From Comamonadaceae bacterium (GTDB taxonomy: Bacteria > Pseudomonadota > Gammaproteobacteria > Burkholderiales > Burkholderiaceae_C), in NCBI GenBank assembly GCA_947476015.1, contig CANJOS010000001.1:1-56828 (forward strand): a stretch of 56,828 nucleotides of DNA, given 5' to 3'. Positions within the stretch are counted from its first letter, which is position 1. Each line of letters begins with the position of its first letter. The notes beneath the pieces were generated by a model. The model made no database searches, was not told where the DNA came from, and saw only the letters and a program-made list of their open reading frames with translations. Shown in pieces: positions 29,325 through 40,958 of this stretch. Both the position numbers and the translations under genes were made by a program.

Positions 29325-30560
29325 TTATCCTGGGCGCTTCATTTGGCAGCTGGTAGGTGTGCTGGAAATATAGGAAGGGAATTCTTTGACGGGTACCAAG
29401 GTCATGCCCGTATTTTCAACACTGTAGTTGTATTTTTTATCAACTTTGCTCCAGACAGCGAGGTACAAAGGCTGTTGCAACTGGTGGTCTGATTTACGGA
29501 TTTCAATTTCGCCATTGAAAACGCTCTTGCTCTTGATTCCCTCAAGGGCTGCGGCAACTTTGACAGGATCCGTTGATTTCGCTTTGGCCATGGCGTCTCC
29601 CACCGTGGTGAAAATGCTGATGATGGAACCCGTGTAAAAGTCGTCATTGAACTTTGCTTTGAATTCTTCTTGGTACTTGTCCATCTGGCCGCCCATTTTG
29701 TAATGGCCATACCCAATTTGGAAAACTTTACCTTCTCCGTTTTTGCCCAAGGCAGTCGGAGTTCCCGTAACGCCGGTGTAGTAGGTGTAGAAGTTACCTG
29801 TGTATCCACCTTCAATAGACGCTTTCACGAGCAAGGCTAAATCGGAGCCCCAGTTGCCAGTCACGACCGTGTCTGCACCGGAAGCTTTGATTTTGGCAAT
29901 GTAGGGGGCGAAATCACGAACTTGCGCCAAGGGGTGCAAATCTTCTCCCACAATTTGTACATCAGGGCGCTTGCGGTTGATGCCTTCTTTGAAGAACTTG
30001 GCCACTTGGTGGCCATGGGAGTAGTTTTGATTCAGCAGGAAAATTTTCTTGGTCTCAGGACGATCCTTCATGAACGTGGTGAGGGCTTCCATTTTCATGG
30101 AAGTATCAGCGTCAAAACGGAAGTGCCAATAATTGCACTTGTTGTTCGTGAAATCAGGGTCTACGGCAGAGTGGTTTAAGAAAATGATTTCTTTGCCAGG
30201 GTTGCGTTCATTGTGTTTGCTGACAGCATCAATAAGGGCGCCTGCAATTCCGGAGCTATTGCCTTGGGCGATGTAGCGAATACCTTGGTCAGTCGCCGCT
30301 TTCAGGGCATTCAAACTTTCGGCGGGGCTGAGTTTGTTGTCAAAACCGACCACTTCAAACTTCACACCCGCTGGATTGGTTTTGCTGTATTTTTCAGCAA
30401 AGAACTGAAAGCTCTTCAGCTGATTGTTGCCCACAGGGCCCATCAAGCCGGACAAGGGGTCAATGTAAGCAATTTTGACAGTTTCACCCTTTTGAGCAAA
30501 AGCACCGAATGCACATAAGGTCAATGTGGCGATGGTGATCGAACGGACTGAAAATTTCAT
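29325..30560 (-). CDS. LIV-type (HAAT) ABC transporter substrate-binding protein
   Basis: Signal peptide, VKIAYIDPLSG, DFAPYIAKIKASGAD, GNWG. Confidence 0.92.
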   Translation of the reverse strand: MKFSVRSITIATLTLCAFGAFAQKGETVKIAYIDPLSGLMGPVGNNQLKSFQFFAEKYSKTNPAGVKFEVVGFDNKLSPAESLNALKAATDQGIRYIAQGNSSGIAGALIDAVSKHNERNPGKEIIFLNHSAVDPDFTNNKCNYWHFRFDADTSMKMEALTTFMKDRPETKKIFLLNQNYSHGHQVAKFFKEGINRKRPDVQIVGEDLHPLAQVRDFAPYIAKIKASGADTVVTGNWGSDLALLVKASIEGGYTGNFYTYYTGVTGTPTALGKNGEGKVFQIGYGHYKMGGQMDKYQEEFKAKFNDDFYTGSIISIFTTVGDAMAKAKSTDPVKVAAALEGIKSKSVFNGEIEIRKSDHQLQQPLYLAVWSKVDKKYNYSVENTGMTLVPVKEFPSYISSTPTSCQMKRPG

Positions 30561-30690
30561 CTTGAACTCCAACATTTTTAGAATAAATAATGAACACAGC
30601 GTAACGCTTTTGTAAGCGTTTTTTGGTCAGGAGTTTCCCTAGGAGGGATTTTTCCGAAATTCGCTGGTTTGATTGGGGCCATCAAAAGCT

Positions 30691-32319
30691 TCAAATTGAA
30701 GGCAACTGATAGCCAGCCAATTGCTCGCGCAATTTGGTTTTAAGCATCTTGCCCGTGGCGCCCAAAGGAATGGCTTCTACAAAAACCACGTCATCAGGTA
30801 TTTGCCATTTGGCTGTTTTACCTTCATAAAACTTCAAAAGCTCTTGGGAGGTCAAGGTGCTGTCTGATTTTTTAACCACGCAAACAATGGGCCGCTCATC
30901 CCATTTCGGGTGGGCCATGCCAATGCACGCCGCCATGGCCACTGCAGGATGCGCCATGGCAATGTTTTCGATGTCAATCGAACTGATCCATTCGCCGCCA
31001 GACTTGATCACGTCTTTGCTTCGGTCAGTGATTTGCATGAAGCCATCCTCGTCGATGGTGGCCACATCTCCTGTAGGGAACCACCCTTCCACCAAAGGAG
31101 ATGGGCCTTCTTGTTTGAAATATTCTCGAATAATCCAAGGCCCCTTGACCAGCAAGTCACCGTAGGTCTTGCCATCGTGCGGCAGTTCCTTGCCAGCTTC
31201 GTTGACAATTTTCATGTCTACGCCAAAGATAGAACGACCCTGCTTCATCCGCAGTTTCATTTGTGCTTCAGCGGGCAGTTCGAGGTGCTTGTTTTTGAGC
31301 GTACAAAGCGTTCCCAAGGGGCTCATTTCCGTCATTCCCCATGCATGCAAAACATCCACGCCAAAGTCATCGCGGAAAGAATCAATCATGGCAGGAGGGC
31401 AAGCAGAGCCACCGATGACCGTGCGCTTGAGTGTGGAAAAACGCAAATTGGCTGGTTTCATGTGGCCCAGCAACATTTGCCAAACGGTTGGCACGCCTGC
31501 GGCAAATGTTACTTTTTCCGCCTCTATCAATTCATAAACAGACTTGCCATCCATGCCAGGGCCTGGGAAAACCAATTTAGAGCCGGTCATGGCGGCACTG
31601 TAGGGAATGCCCCAAGCATTCACGTGGAACATGGGCACCACTGGCAAGATGGAATCTCGGGCAGAAATGCACATCACATCGGGCAATGCTGCGGCGTAGG
31701 CATGCAACAAGGTGGACCTGTGGCTGTACAAGGCGGCTTTGGGATGGCCGGTGGTTCCGCTGGTGTAACACATGCTGGAGGCCGTGTTTTCGTCCAAATC
31801 TGGCCAGTCGTAGGTGCCTGATTCGCCAGCCAAGAGATCTTCGTAACTGAGCAAGTTGGAAATGCCGGAATTGGCAGGGAGTTTGTCCTTGTCACAAAGT
31901 GCGACCCAGTGCTTCACGCTGGTGCAACGCGCTTGGACAGCCTGTACCAAGGGTAAAAAAGTCATGTCAAAACACACCACTTGGTCCTCAGCATGATTGG
32001 CAATCCACACCACTTGGTCGGGATGCAAGCGAGGGTTGAGAGTGTGCAATACACGGCCCGAACCACTCACGCCAAAGTAAAGTTCAAGGTGCCTGTAACC
32101 ATTCCATGCGATGGTGGCCACACGGTCGCCGTGCGCCAATTTGAGGCGATCGAGTGCATTGGCCACTTTGCGTGAACGATTCGCCACATCGGCCCACGTA
32201 TAGCGATGAATGTCACCCTCTACTCGGCGGGACACCACTTCGCCATCCGCATGGTGGCGGTTGGCAAATTCAATCAAAGCGGAAATCAGCAATGACTGCT
32301 GCTGCATCAATCCCAACAT
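30691..32319 (-). CDS. Acyl-CoA ligase, DmdB (3-methylmercaptopropionyl-CoA ligase)/AlkK-like
   Basis: [52 protein letters not shown]. Confidence 0.9.
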   Translation of the reverse strand: MLGLMQQQSLLISALIEFANRHHADGEVVSRRVEGDIHRYTWADVANRSRKVANALDRLKLAHGDRVATIAWNGYRHLELYFGVSGSGRVLHTLNPRLHPDQVVWIANHAEDQVVCFDMTFLPLVQAVQARCTSVKHWVALCDKDKLPANSGISNLLSYEDLLAGESGTYDWPDLDENTASSMCYTSGTTGHPKAALYSHRSTLLHAYAAALPDVMCISARDSILPVVPMFHVNAWGIPYSAAMTGSKLVFPGPGMDGKSVYELIEAEKVTFAAGVPTVWQMLLGHMKPANLRFSTLKRTVIGGSACPPAMIDSFRDDFGVDVLHAWGMTEMSPLGTLCTLKNKHLELPAEAQMKLRMKQGRSIFGVDMKIVNEAGKELPHDGKTYGDLLVKGPWIIREYFKQEGPSPLVEGWFPTGDVATIDEDGFMQITDRSKDVIKSGGEWISSIDIENIAMAHPAVAMAACIGMAHPKWDERPIVCVVKKSDSTLTSQELLKFYEGKTAKWQIPDDVVFVEAIPLGATGKMLKTKLREQLAGYQLPSI

Positions 32320-32417
32320 AGAGGCCTCTGAATTAATAGGAAAAGGCCCTCTTTTTAGCACGTCTCATGGCTGTCGGTGATAAAACCTGTAGGCGGGTAG
32401 GTTCATCAAAAGCCCCT

Positions 32418-32423
32418 GACAAT
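32418..32423 (+). promoter_or_regulatory. Putative -10 box (GACAAT) 7 nt before the selO ATG
   Basis: GACAAT-caaagat-ATG. Confidence 0.45.
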
Positions 32424-32430
32424 CAAAGAT

Positions 32431-33909
32431 ATGAACTGGATCAATCGTTTTGCACTCTTGGGATCAGAGTTTTCTCAAGAAGTACAGCCCACACCCGTAC
32501 CCCAACCTGCATGGGTTTCGCGCAATTTTGACCTTGGCCAAGAGATGGCGCTGCCAGATGATTGGTTAGTCGGCAGCGAAGGCGTTGAAGTCTTCGCCGG
32601 CAATGGGCTATGGGAAGGCATGTCACCTCGGGCCACGGTTTACAGCGGCCATCAATTTGGTCAATGGGCAGGGCAACTTGGAGACGGCAGAGCACTTTAT
32701 CTGGGTGAATTAGAAACACCAACAGGTCGCTTTGAAATACAGCTCAAGGGGGCTGGCCTGACGCCTTACTCCAGAATGGGCGATGGGCGCGCAGTGTTGC
32801 GTTCCAGTATTCGAGAATATTTGTGCAGCGAAGCCATGCATGGGCTGGGCATCCCCACGACACGCGCACTCTGTCTGACCACATCCCCCCAAAGAGTCAT
32901 TCGAGAAGAAATAGAAACAGCGGCCATTGTGACTCGCATTGCACCCAGCTTCATTCGATTTGGGCACTTTGAGCACTTTGCAAACCAAACAAAACCTGAA
33001 GCCCGAGACTCATTGAGACGGTTGGCAGACCATTGTCTTGAGCATCACATTCAAACGGACACAGGCTTTTCTGCCAACCCTTATGCCAACTTGCTTCATG
33101 CGGTGACACTCAAAACTGCTGAGCTGATGGCGCAGTGGCAGTCGGTAGGTTTTTGCCATGGTGTCATGAACACAGACAACATGAGCATTCTGGGTTTGAG
33201 TTTGGACTATGGGCCCTTTCAATTCATGGATGGCTTTGATCCTCAGCACATTTGCAATCACTCAGACCATCAGGGACGTTATGCCTATGAGCGTCAACCT
33301 CAGGTGGCTTACTGGAATTTATTTTGTCTTGCCCAAGCCTTGATGCCCCTCATCGAAGAGCAAGAACTGGCGATGAAGGCATTGGAGACCTACAAAAGCG
33401 CGTTTTCGGAACATTGGCTTCAAAAGTTTTCAGCAAAGCTAGGTTTGACAGCCGCAGGGGGCCAAGCTTCTCAGGACAAAGACAAGCATCTGATTCAAGA
33501 AACTTTGGAACTTCTGACCAACGAACGGACCGATTTCACTGCGTTTTGGCGGCGACTGAGCGATGCCGCTGCGTTTGATCAGTTGGACCATGTGGCATGG
33601 AAACGAGTCGCTGAACTGTTCATTGACGCCACTGCCTTCAAACAATGGCAATCTCACTATGCGGCTCGTCTTTCCGCCGAAGACCGCTTCAGCTGCGCCT
33701 CTCGCATGCATCAAGTCAATCCTAAATATGTCCTTCGAAATCACTTGGCAGAAGCTGCCATTCAGAAATCAAAACAAGGGGATCATTCTGAAGTTGAAAC
33801 TCTTTTGAAATTGCTGCGCCACCCATTTGCAGAACAAGCAGAATTCGAACATTACGCCAATTTACCGCCCGAATGGGCGTCTTCTATTGAAATCAGCTGT
33901 TCTTCTTAA
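32431..33909 (+). CDS. selO: Protein adenylyltransferase SelO (YdiU)
   Basis: [39 protein letters not shown]-terminal SCSS. Confidence 0.95.
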   Translation: MNWINRFALLGSEFSQEVQPTPVPQPAWVSRNFDLGQEMALPDDWLVGSEGVEVFAGNGLWEGMSPRATVYSGHQFGQWAGQLGDGRALYLGELETPTGRFEIQLKGAGLTPYSRMGDGRAVLRSSIREYLCSEAMHGLGIPTTRALCLTTSPQRVIREEIETAAIVTRIAPSFIRFGHFEHFANQTKPEARDSLRRLADHCLEHHIQTDTGFSANPYANLLHAVTLKTAELMAQWQSVGFCHGVMNTDNMSILGLSLDYGPFQFMDGFDPQHICNHSDHQGRYAYERQPQVAYWNLFCLAQALMPLIEEQELAMKALETYKSAFSEHWLQKFSAKLGLTAAGGQASQDKDKHLIQETLELLTNERTDFTAFWRRLSDAAAFDQLDHVAWKRVAELFIDATAFKQWQSHYAARLSAEDRFSCASRMHQVNPKYVLRNHLAEAAIQKSKQGDHSEVETLLKLLRHPFAEQAEFEHYANLPPEWASSIEISCSS

Positions 33910-33949
33910 AGTTGAAAATCAATGGCCACAAACTGATATTCTCAGCACT

Positions 33950-34363
33950 ATGTCAAATCAACCCTTGCCCCAAACAGATGACGCATGGCGTGAATGGCTT
34001 CGCGCTCGAAATGCGGAACCCTTGGCCTTTGAAGTCACCCGAAAAGCGGCGACTGAACGGCCCTTTACTGGCAAATACGAGGGCTTTTGGGAGCCAGGTC
34101 AATACCACTGCATGTGTTGTGATGCCAAGTTGTTTGATGCCGATACCAAATTTGACGCTGGCTGCGGATGGCCCTCTTTTTACCAAGCGGCAACTCCCGA
34201 CGCGGTCGCACAAAAGGTCGATCGCAGCCACGGCATGGCCCGCGTTGAAAGTGTGTGTGCATCATGCGGTGCACATTTAGGGCATGTTTTTGAAGATGGT
34301 CCTCAGCCAACGGGTTTGAGGTACTGCATGAACTCAGCCTCATTGAAGTTCGAAAAAAAATAG
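33950..34363 (+). CDS. msrB: Peptide-methionine (R)-S-oxide reductase
   Basis: TERPFTG, CxxC pairs, [23 protein letters not shown]. Confidence 0.95.
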   Translation: MSNQPLPQTDDAWREWLRARNAEPLAFEVTRKAATERPFTGKYEGFWEPGQYHCMCCDAKLFDADTKFDAGCGWPSFYQAATPDAVAQKVDRSHGMARVESVCASCGAHLGHVFEDGPQPTGLRYCMNSASLKFEKK

Positions 34364-34364
34364 C

Positions 34365-34922
34365 ATGAAATTTTTTCTCGATTTGTTTCCAATTTTGCTG
34401 TTTTTTGCAGCCTACAAGTTTTCCACCATCTATGTCGCAACAGCAGTTCTGATGCTGGCCACCGTGGCTCAAAGTGCATGGATGTACAAACGAGAGGGTC
34501 AATTGGCAAGCTTGCAAAAAGCCACCTTGATTTTGATCTTGGTCTTTGGCAGTTTGACCCTTTACCTGCAGGACGAGCGCTTCATCAAATACAAACCCAC
34601 CCTGCTCTACACCTGTATGGCAGTGGGCCTCTTCATTGCACAATTCATCCTGAAGAAAAATTTTTTAAAAACCATGTTGGGTTCGCAAGTAGCACTTGAG
34701 GATGATAAATGGCATACCCTGAGCACGGCATGGATCATTTATTGTTTGTTCATGGCGAGCATCAACGCTTATGTGGCCAGCTACTTCAGTACAGACGAAT
34801 GGGTCAATTTCAAAATTTGGGGCTATGTCTTTCCCTTGACTTTCATCATCGGAACAGGGTTTTATATTGCAAAGAACACCCCCTCTCACAAAACCCAGAC
34901 TGACGATCAAAACCCACAGTGA
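34365..34922 (+). CDS. yciB: Inner membrane-spanning protein YciB (septation protein A)
   Basis: DLFPILLFF, IYVAT, FIKYKPT, WVNFK. Confidence 0.92.
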   Translation: MKFFLDLFPILLFFAAYKFSTIYVATAVLMLATVAQSAWMYKREGQLASLQKATLILILVFGSLTLYLQDERFIKYKPTLLYTCMAVGLFIAQFILKKNFLKTMLGSQVALEDDKWHTLSTAWIIYCLFMASINAYVASYFSTDEWVNFKIWGYVFPLTFIIGTGFYIAKNTPSHKTQTDDQNPQ

Positions 34923-34929
34923 TTCACTT

Positions 34930-35217
34930 ATGAGCAAGCTTCCCCCTCTTTCTGCCCAAACGCCATGGCAACCCCTGATGGCTGAAATCCTGCAGTCTCG
35001 GTTCAATCCAAGTCAATTAGAGGTCATTGACGAGAGCTCTCAGCACGCAGGTCATTCTGGTGCCACTGAAGCCGGCATGAACAGCCATTTCAGGGTTCGA
35101 ATCGCTTCTTCTCAGTTTGATCAATTAAGCCGGGTTCAACGCCATCGCCTTGTGTATGATTCGCTCCAAGATTTCTTGGATCAGGGGCTTCATGCCTTGG
35201 CCATTGAATTTGTCTAA
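34930..35217 (+). CDS. bolA: BolA family protein
   Basis: DESSQHAGH, SHFRVRI, RVQRHRLVY, LHALAI. Confidence 0.92.
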   Translation: MSKLPPLSAQTPWQPLMAEILQSRFNPSQLEVIDESSQHAGHSGATEAGMNSHFRVRIASSQFDQLSRVQRHRLVYDSLQDFLDQGLHALAIEFV

Positions 35218-35246
35218 CCGCTCAACATTTGCAATTTAGGATTTTC

Positions 35247-36020
35247 ATGAAAATTTCGAAATTAACCCTGTGCTTGGTCGCAGCAATGAGTTTTTCTGCA
35301 TGGTCGCAAAACTTGGCTATCGTGAATGGCAAGGCCGTTCCCAGCGCTCGCGTTGAGGCCTTGAAACAGCAGGTAGAACGTTCAGGTCGTCCTGTCACGC
35401 CCGAAATTTTGGCGCAGATCAAGGAAGAGTTGATCGCCCGTGAAATCTTCATGCAAGAAGCTCGCAAGCAGGGCTTGGACGCTTCTAACGATTACAAATC
35501 GCAGATTGAATTGGCTCGCCAAAGTATTCTCATTCGGGAACTTTTTAACAGTTTCCAAACAAAAAATCCTGTGACGGAGGCTGAAATCAAGGCGGAATAC
35601 GACAAGTTTGTGGCTGCCAATGGTGGCAAAGAGTACCGTGCACGCCATATTTTGGTTGAAAAGGAAGATGAAGCCAAAGCGCTGATTGCTGACATCAAAA
35701 AAGGTGCAAAATTCGAAGACTTGGCGAAAAAAGCTTCGAAGGATCCAGGCTCTGGTGCCAATGGCGGCGATTTAGACTGGGCCAATGCTTCAAGTTATGT
35801 GCCTGAATTCTCTAGCGCCATGACCAAGCTTGAAAAAGGCCAATTGACTGAATCACCCGTTAAAAGCCAATTTGGTTTTCACATCATCCGGGTAGACGAT
35901 GTGCGGGATGCTCAATTGCCAAAATTAGACGATGTCAAACCTCAAATCACCCAGCAATTGACCCAATCTAAACTGGCTAAATTCCAAGAAGATTTGCGCG
36001 CCAAGGCCAAAGTGAAGTAA
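35247..36020 (+). CDS. Periplasmic parvulin-type peptidyl-prolyl isomerase
   Basis: Signal peptide, ARHILV, SKDPGS, GGDLDW, SQFGFHII. Confidence 0.93.
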   Translation: MKISKLTLCLVAAMSFSAWSQNLAIVNGKAVPSARVEALKQQVERSGRPVTPEILAQIKEELIAREIFMQEARKQGLDASNDYKSQIELARQSILIRELFNSFQTKNPVTEAEIKAEYDKFVAANGGKEYRARHILVEKEDEAKALIADIKKGAKFEDLAKKASKDPGSGANGGDLDWANASSYVPEFSSAMTKLEKGQLTESPVKSQFGFHIIRVDDVRDAQLPKLDDVKPQITQQLTQSKLAKFQEDLRAKAKVK

Positions 36021-36026
36021 CTTCAA

Positions 36027-39000
36027 TTACTTGGCCCAGCGACGGGCGTTTTGCCACATGCGCATCCATGGGCTGACCTGCGACACATCACCCGGGGTGT
36101 AACTCATTTGGACATTTCGAAAGACGCGCTCAGGGTGCGGCATCATGGCGGTAAATCGACCGTCTGCGGTGGTCACGGCCGTCAAGCCTTTCGGACTGCC
36201 GTTTGGATTGAAGGGATAGGTCTCAGTGGCCTCTCCCCAGTTGTCCACAAAATGCAGGGCAGAGATGACACGGGAAGCATCCCCTCGGTCTTTGAAGTTG
36301 GTCAATCCTTCACCGTGTGCTACAGCAATGGGCATGCGACTTCCCGCCATGTCGTGGAAGAATAGGCTGGGTGAATTCACTATTTCCACCATGGCCAAAC
36401 GAGCTTCAAAACGCTCGCTTTGATTGGTGGTGAACCGAGGCCAGTCTTGTGCACCTGGAATGATGTCGGCAAGTTCTGCAAACATTTGGCATCCATTGCA
36501 AACACCCAAGCCAAACGTATCGGTTCGGGCAAAGTAGGCCTTGAATTGATCGGCCAGTTGCGGGTTGAAGGTGATGCTTCGAGCCCACCCAATGCCGGCA
36601 CCCAAGGTATCACCATAGCTGAAGCCACCGCAAGCCACCAAGCCTTTGAAGTCTTTGAGGTTCACACGGCCTGATTGCAAATCGGTCATGTGAACATCAT
36701 GCGATTCAAAACCCGCTTCGTTGAACGCGTAGGCCATTTCAATGTGTGAGTTAACACCTTGCTCGCGAAGAATCGCAACCCGAGGCTTGGACAAGTTCAG
36801 CCAAGGGGCGGCCACATTGTCTTGCGGGTTGAACGTGAGCGCCACATGGAGGCCAGGGTTGACGGGGCTGCCAACGCCAGCGTGTTCTCTGTTGGCACAG
36901 TCAGCATTGTCGCGTTGCTGACAGATTTTCCAGCTCACACTGTCCCAAACCTGATGCAAATCTTCTAACTTGGCAGTGAAAATTTCTTGCGTGTCACGCC
37001 AAATACTCAATGCGCCAATGCCCTTGCTCATGCTGGATTGCGCAGGACGCGTTTTGCCAATGACATGGCTGTGCTTGGACAAATTGTGTTCGCGCAGAAC
37101 TTGCATGACGACTGCTCGATCTTCTGTTGAAACTTGGATGACCACACCCAATTCTTCATTGAACAAGGCACGCAGAGTGAGTTCATCGCGTCTAGCATTA
37201 ATTTGTTGGGCCCAATTCTTGGCATCGCCATGATCTGCTCGACTGTCAGAGATGCCATCGCCTTCCGTGACCAATAAATCGACATTGAGAGACACGCCCA
37301 CTTGACCCGCAAAACACATTTCTGCCACTGTGGCCAACAATCCGCCATCGCTGCGATCGTGATACGCCAACACTTTGCCCTGTGCACGAAGCGCGTTGAT
37401 GGCTTTCACCAGTTGAACCAAGTATTCAGGCGTGTCTAAATCAGGGACAGAATCTGCCGATTGATTCAAAATTTGTCCCAAGATACTGCCGCCCATGCGG
37501 AATTGACCCTGGCTCAAATCAATCAAGATGAGAGATGTGTCAACAAGGCTTGAATTCAATTGAGGCGTGAGGGTGCCACGCACATCCTCCAAGCTGGCAA
37601 ATGCCGTGACAATCAAACTCACGGGCGATATAACCTGATGTTGCCCCTTGGGGTCTGACCATTGGGTTCGCATTGACAAGCTGTCTTTGCCAACGGGTAT
37701 GGAAATCCCCAGGCTGGGGCAAAGTTCCAAGCCAACAGCCCGCACCGTTTCGTAAAGAGCCGCATCTTCACCAGGTTCACCACAAGCAGCCATCCAGTTG
37801 GCACTGAGCTTGACGCGATCAAGTTCGATGGGCGCTGCCAACAAATTGGTGATGGCCTCAGCCACTGCCATGCGGCCAGAGGCCGGTGCATTGATGCTGG
37901 CCAAGGGACTGCGTTCGCCCATGCTCATGGCCTCCCCTTTGAAACCTTTGTAATCGGCCAAGGTCACAGCGCAATCAGCCACAGGAACTTGCCATGGCCC
38001 CACCATTTGATCGCGGTGCGTTAAGCCGCCGACGCTTCGATCACCGATGGTAATCAAGAAGCGCTTTGAAGCAACAGTGGGGTGACTCAAAACTTGAACA
38101 ACAGCTTCCTGCAATTTCACGCCAGTGAGATCGATGGGTTTGACTTGGCGTTGCACAGACTGAACATTGCGCTGCATCTTTGGTGGTTTGCCGAGCAACA
38201 CATTCAGAGGCATGTTCACTGGCGACTTCAATGCAGTTGAAGATGCTTTTGAATCGGTGAGTACCAGTTGTCGTTCTTCTGTGGCGACACCGACCACGGC
38301 AAAGGGACAACGCTCTCGTTCACAAAATGCTTTGAATGTACTCAGGGATTCTGGCGCAATGGCCAAAACATAACGTTCTTGACTTTCGTTAGACCAAATT
38401 TCTTTGGGCGACAAACCAGACGCTTCAAGTGGAACTGAACGCAAGTCAAAGCTTGCGCCACGTCCAGCATCATTGGTGAGTTCTGGAAATGCGTTGGACA
38501 AGCCACCCGCACCCACATCATGAATGGCAAGGATCGGGTTGTTTTTGCCCAAAACCCAGCAATGGTTGATCACCTCTTGCGCGCGTCGCTCTATCTCAGG
38601 ATTGCCGCGTTGAACAGAGTCGAAATCTAAATTGGCGGCATTCGCTCCTGAAGCCATAGAACTTGCCGCACTACCGCCCATGCCAATCAACATACCGGGT
38701 CCACCCAATTGAATTAGCAATGTGCCCGCAGGGAAGAGAATTTTTTGAGTTTGAAGATCGTCGATCACGCCCAAACCACCCGCAATCATGATGGGCTTGT
38801 GATAGCCCCTCACCACACCATCAACTTGCTGTTCGTATTCTCTGAAGTACCCCAATAAATTGGGACGACCAAATTCATTGTTGAACGCGGCACCCCCAAG
38901 AGGACCCTCGGTCATGATTTGCAGGGGGCTTGCAATGTGATCGGGCTTGCCGCTGCTGCCACCCCATAATTTAGACACAGTGAATCCTGTGAGTCCAGCC

Positions 39001-40019
39001 TTGGGTTTGGAGCCGCGGCCAGTGGCACCTTCGTCCCGAATTTCTCCGCCCGCACCGGTGGATGCGCCTGGGAAAGGTGAAATGGCGGTGGGGTGATTGT
39101 GCGTCTCGACCTTCATCAAGACATGATGCAACGCATTCTCCTTGGCATAGGCACCGCCATGTTTGGCCACAAAACGTTCGACCTCATGGCCCATCATGAT
39201 GGATGCATTGTCTGAATAAGCGACCACGGTATGCTGTGGGTTTTGTTGATGCGTATGACGAATCATGCTGAACAGGCTGTCAGCCTGTAACTTGCCATCG
39301 ATGGTGAATTCGGCATTGAAAATTTTGTGCCTGCAATGTTCGCTGTTGGCTTGCGCAAACATCATCAGTTCGACATCGGTCGGATTTCTTTTCAGTTGCT
39401 GAAAAGAAGTCAACAAATAATCAATTTCATCTTCAGCCAATGCCAAACCAAATGTTTGATTGGCTTCAACCAAAGCATTTTTACCGCCGCCCAAAACATC
39501 GACATGCAGCAAGTCTTGGGCCTCTAGCTCTGTGAACAATGCCAGTGCATCATTGCGCTGAGACAGCACAGACTCGGTCATGCGATCATGCAGCAGGTCC
39601 ACCAACTGAAGCTTCAATGATGCCTTCAGTGATTGAAGTACGGAACCCGATTGAAAGTGAAGGCTGTACGCCACAAGCCGTTCAATGCGTCTGATGTTGA
39701 TGCCACAGTTGTGCGCAATGTCTGTTGCTTTGGAGGCCCATGGCGAGACTGTTCCCAATCGGGGGGATACCCAAAAACGCATGGCCGATGATTCGCCAAC
39801 TTTGCGCTCATTTTGAAAGGGCTCACCATAGGTCAGGAGTTGCTCAATGACCAGCGTTTCGGCAGCTTCAAAAGGGGCAGCTTTTGCGACACAATGCACA
39901 AACTGGCCCGTGAGGCCCTGAATATCGGGACAAAGGGCCTGCAAGCGGGGAAGCAATTGCTGGGTTCGAAAGTCACTGAGGGCGTTACCGCCATCCAAAA
40001 TGAGAGTTTGCAGGGTCAC
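36027..40019 (-). CDS. purL: Phosphoribosylformylglycinamidine synthase (large type)
   Basis: [59 protein letters not shown] start inferred. Confidence 0.97.
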   Translation of the reverse strand: MTLQTLILDGGNALSDFRTQQLLPRLQALCPDIQGLTGQFVHCVAKAAPFEAAETLVIEQLLTYGEPFQNERKVGESSAMRFWVSPRLGTVSPWASKATDIAHNCGINIRRIERLVAYSLHFQSGSVLQSLKASLKLQLVDLLHDRMTESVLSQRNDALALFTELEAQDLLHVDVLGGGKNALVEANQTFGLALAEDEIDYLLTSFQQLKRNPTDVELMMFAQANSEHCRHKIFNAEFTIDGKLQADSLFSMIRHTHQQNPQHTVVAYSDNASIMMGHEVERFVAKHGGAYAKENALHHVLMKVETHNHPTAISPFPGASTGAGGEIRDEGATGRGSKPKAGLTGFTVSKLWGGSSGKPDHIASPLQIMTEGPLGGAAFNNEFGRPNLLGYFREYEQQVDGVVRGYHKPIMIAGGLGVIDDLQTQKILFPAGTLLIQLGGPGMLIGMGGSAASSMASGANAANLDFDSVQRGNPEIERRAQEVINHCWVLGKNNPILAIHDVGAGGLSNAFPELTNDAGRGASFDLRSVPLEASGLSPKEIWSNESQERYVLAIAPESLSTFKAFCERERCPFAVVGVATEERQLVLTDSKASSTALKSPVNMPLNVLLGKPPKMQRNVQSVQRQVKPIDLTGVKLQEAVVQVLSHPTVASKRFLITIGDRSVGGLTHRDQMVGPWQVPVADCAVTLADYKGFKGEAMSMGERSPLASINAPASGRMAVAEAITNLLAAPIELDRVKLSANWMAACGEPGEDAALYETVRAVGLELCPSLGISIPVGKDSLSMRTQWSDPKGQHQVISPVSLIVTAFASLEDVRGTLTPQLNSSLVDTSLILIDLSQGQFRMGGSILGQILNQSADSVPDLDTPEYLVQLVKAINALRAQGKVLAYHDRSDGGLLATVAEMCFAGQVGVSLNVDLLVTEGDGISDSRADHGDAKNWAQQINARRDELTLRALFNEELGVVIQVSTEDRAVVMQVLREHNLSKHSHVIGKTRPAQSSMSKGIGALSIWRDTQEIFTAKLEDLHQVWDSVSWKICQQRDNADCANREHAGVGSPVNPGLHVALTFNPQDNVAAPWLNLSKPRVAILREQGVNSHIEMAYAFNEAGFESHDVHMTDLQSGRVNLKDFKGLVACGGFSYGDTLGAGIGWARSITFNPQLADQFKAYFARTDTFGLGVCNGCQMFAELADIIPGAQDWPRFTTNQSERFEARLAMVEIVNSPSLFFHDMAGSRMPIAVAHGEGLTNFKDRGDASRVISALHFVDNWGEATETYPFNPNGSPKGLTAVTTADGRFTAMMPHPERVFRNVQMSYTPGDVSQVSPWMRMWQNARRWAK

Positions 40020-40133
40020 AGACTGGCCTTGAGGGCAATAGGAAATTTGTCTCAAATACCGCTGACTGGGGCATTGAACGAGTGCTTATTTTAACCTCTG
40101 TCAGCCTCAGTTTAAGCAAACAGCCGCCATGAA

Positions 40134-40142
40134 TGGGATAAT
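40134..40142 (+). promoter_or_regulatory. Putative extended -10 promoter (TGG-GATAAT) 8 nt before the map ATG
   Basis: TGn plus GATAAT, then ctcgcccc-ATG with no SD. A divergent TAAAAT for purL lies at 40088-40093. Confidence 0.55.
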
Positions 40143-40150
40143 CTCGCCCC

Positions 40151-40954
40151 ATGACAATCACCATTAAAGACCCCTCAGATGCCAACGGGATGCGCTTGGC
40201 TGGGCGCCTCGCTTCCGAAGTCTTAGATTACCTCACGCCCTTCGTGAAACCAGGTGTGACCACCAATGAGTTAGACACACTGGCCCATGACTTCATGGTC
40301 AATGTTCAAGGCACCATCCCGGCACCATTGAATTACCAACCGCCGGGCTATTCGCCCTACCCCAAGTCGATTTGCACGTCCATCAATCATCAGGTTTGCC
40401 ATGGTATTCCCAATGAGAAGCCACTGAAAAAAGGCGATATAGTCAACATTGACATCACGGTCATCAAGGACGGATGGCACGGCGATACCAGCCGCATGTT
40501 CCTGGTCGGGGAAGTCTCCATTGCGGCCAAAAGACTTTGCGTCTTGACTTATGAAGCCATGTGGCATGGCATTGCGCAAGTTAAACCAGGTGCTCGGCTG
40601 GGTGACATTGGCTGGGCCATACAAAAATTTGCAGAAAATTTGGGTTTTTCCATTGTTCGCGAGTTTTGTGGGCACGGCATTGGCCGCGTTTTTCACGAGG
40701 AACCCCAAGTTTTGCATTATGGAAAACCGGGGACACTTGACGAACTCAAGGCGGGAATGACCTTCACCATTGAACCCATGATCAATGCTGGAAAACGTGA
40801 TATCAAAGAGATGGGTGACGGTTGGACCATCGTCACCAAGGACAGGTCTTTGTCTGCACAATGGGAACATACCATCTTGGTCACAGAAACAGGCTACGAA
40901 GTCCTGACACTGTCGGCGGGAAGCCCGCCCATTCCTGAATTTGTAAAGGTCTAA
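40151..40954 (+). CDS. map: Methionine aminopeptidase type I
   Basis: VCHGIP, NIDITV, GDTSR, GHGIG, FTIEPM, SAQWEHT. Confidence 0.97.
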   Translation: MTITIKDPSDANGMRLAGRLASEVLDYLTPFVKPGVTTNELDTLAHDFMVNVQGTIPAPLNYQPPGYSPYPKSICTSINHQVCHGIPNEKPLKKGDIVNIDITVIKDGWHGDTSRMFLVGEVSIAAKRLCVLTYEAMWHGIAQVKPGARLGDIGWAIQKFAENLGFSIVREFCGHGIGRVFHEEPQVLHYGKPGTLDELKAGMTFTIEPMINAGKRDIKEMGDGWTIVTKDRSLSAQWEHTILVTETGYEVLTLSAGSPPIPEFVKV

Positions 40955-40958
40955 TCTG

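Noticed and set aside
30910-31821. 303-aa ORF antisense to the CoA ligase, and similar shadow ORFs at 40271-40870, 42039-42602 and 51351-51941
   Set aside because: Each lies largely or wholly opposite a well-supported gene and has no recognisable motif. Long antisense frames are an expected by-product of codon bias.
33890-33909. Possible selenocysteine in SelO or MsrB
   Set aside because: SelO ends TGT-TCT-TCT-TAA and the MsrB catalytic codon is TGC. There is no in-frame TGA.
36015-36032. Inverted repeat AAGTAA-n6-TTACTT between the convergent PPIase and purL genes
   Set aside because: Both genes simply end Lys-TAA. Too weak to call a terminator.
40020-40150. Riboswitch (ZTP or purine) in the purL leader
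   Set aside because: I could not match a consensus, and the space is short and occupied by two divergent -10 boxes. An Rfam/Infernal scan would settle it.
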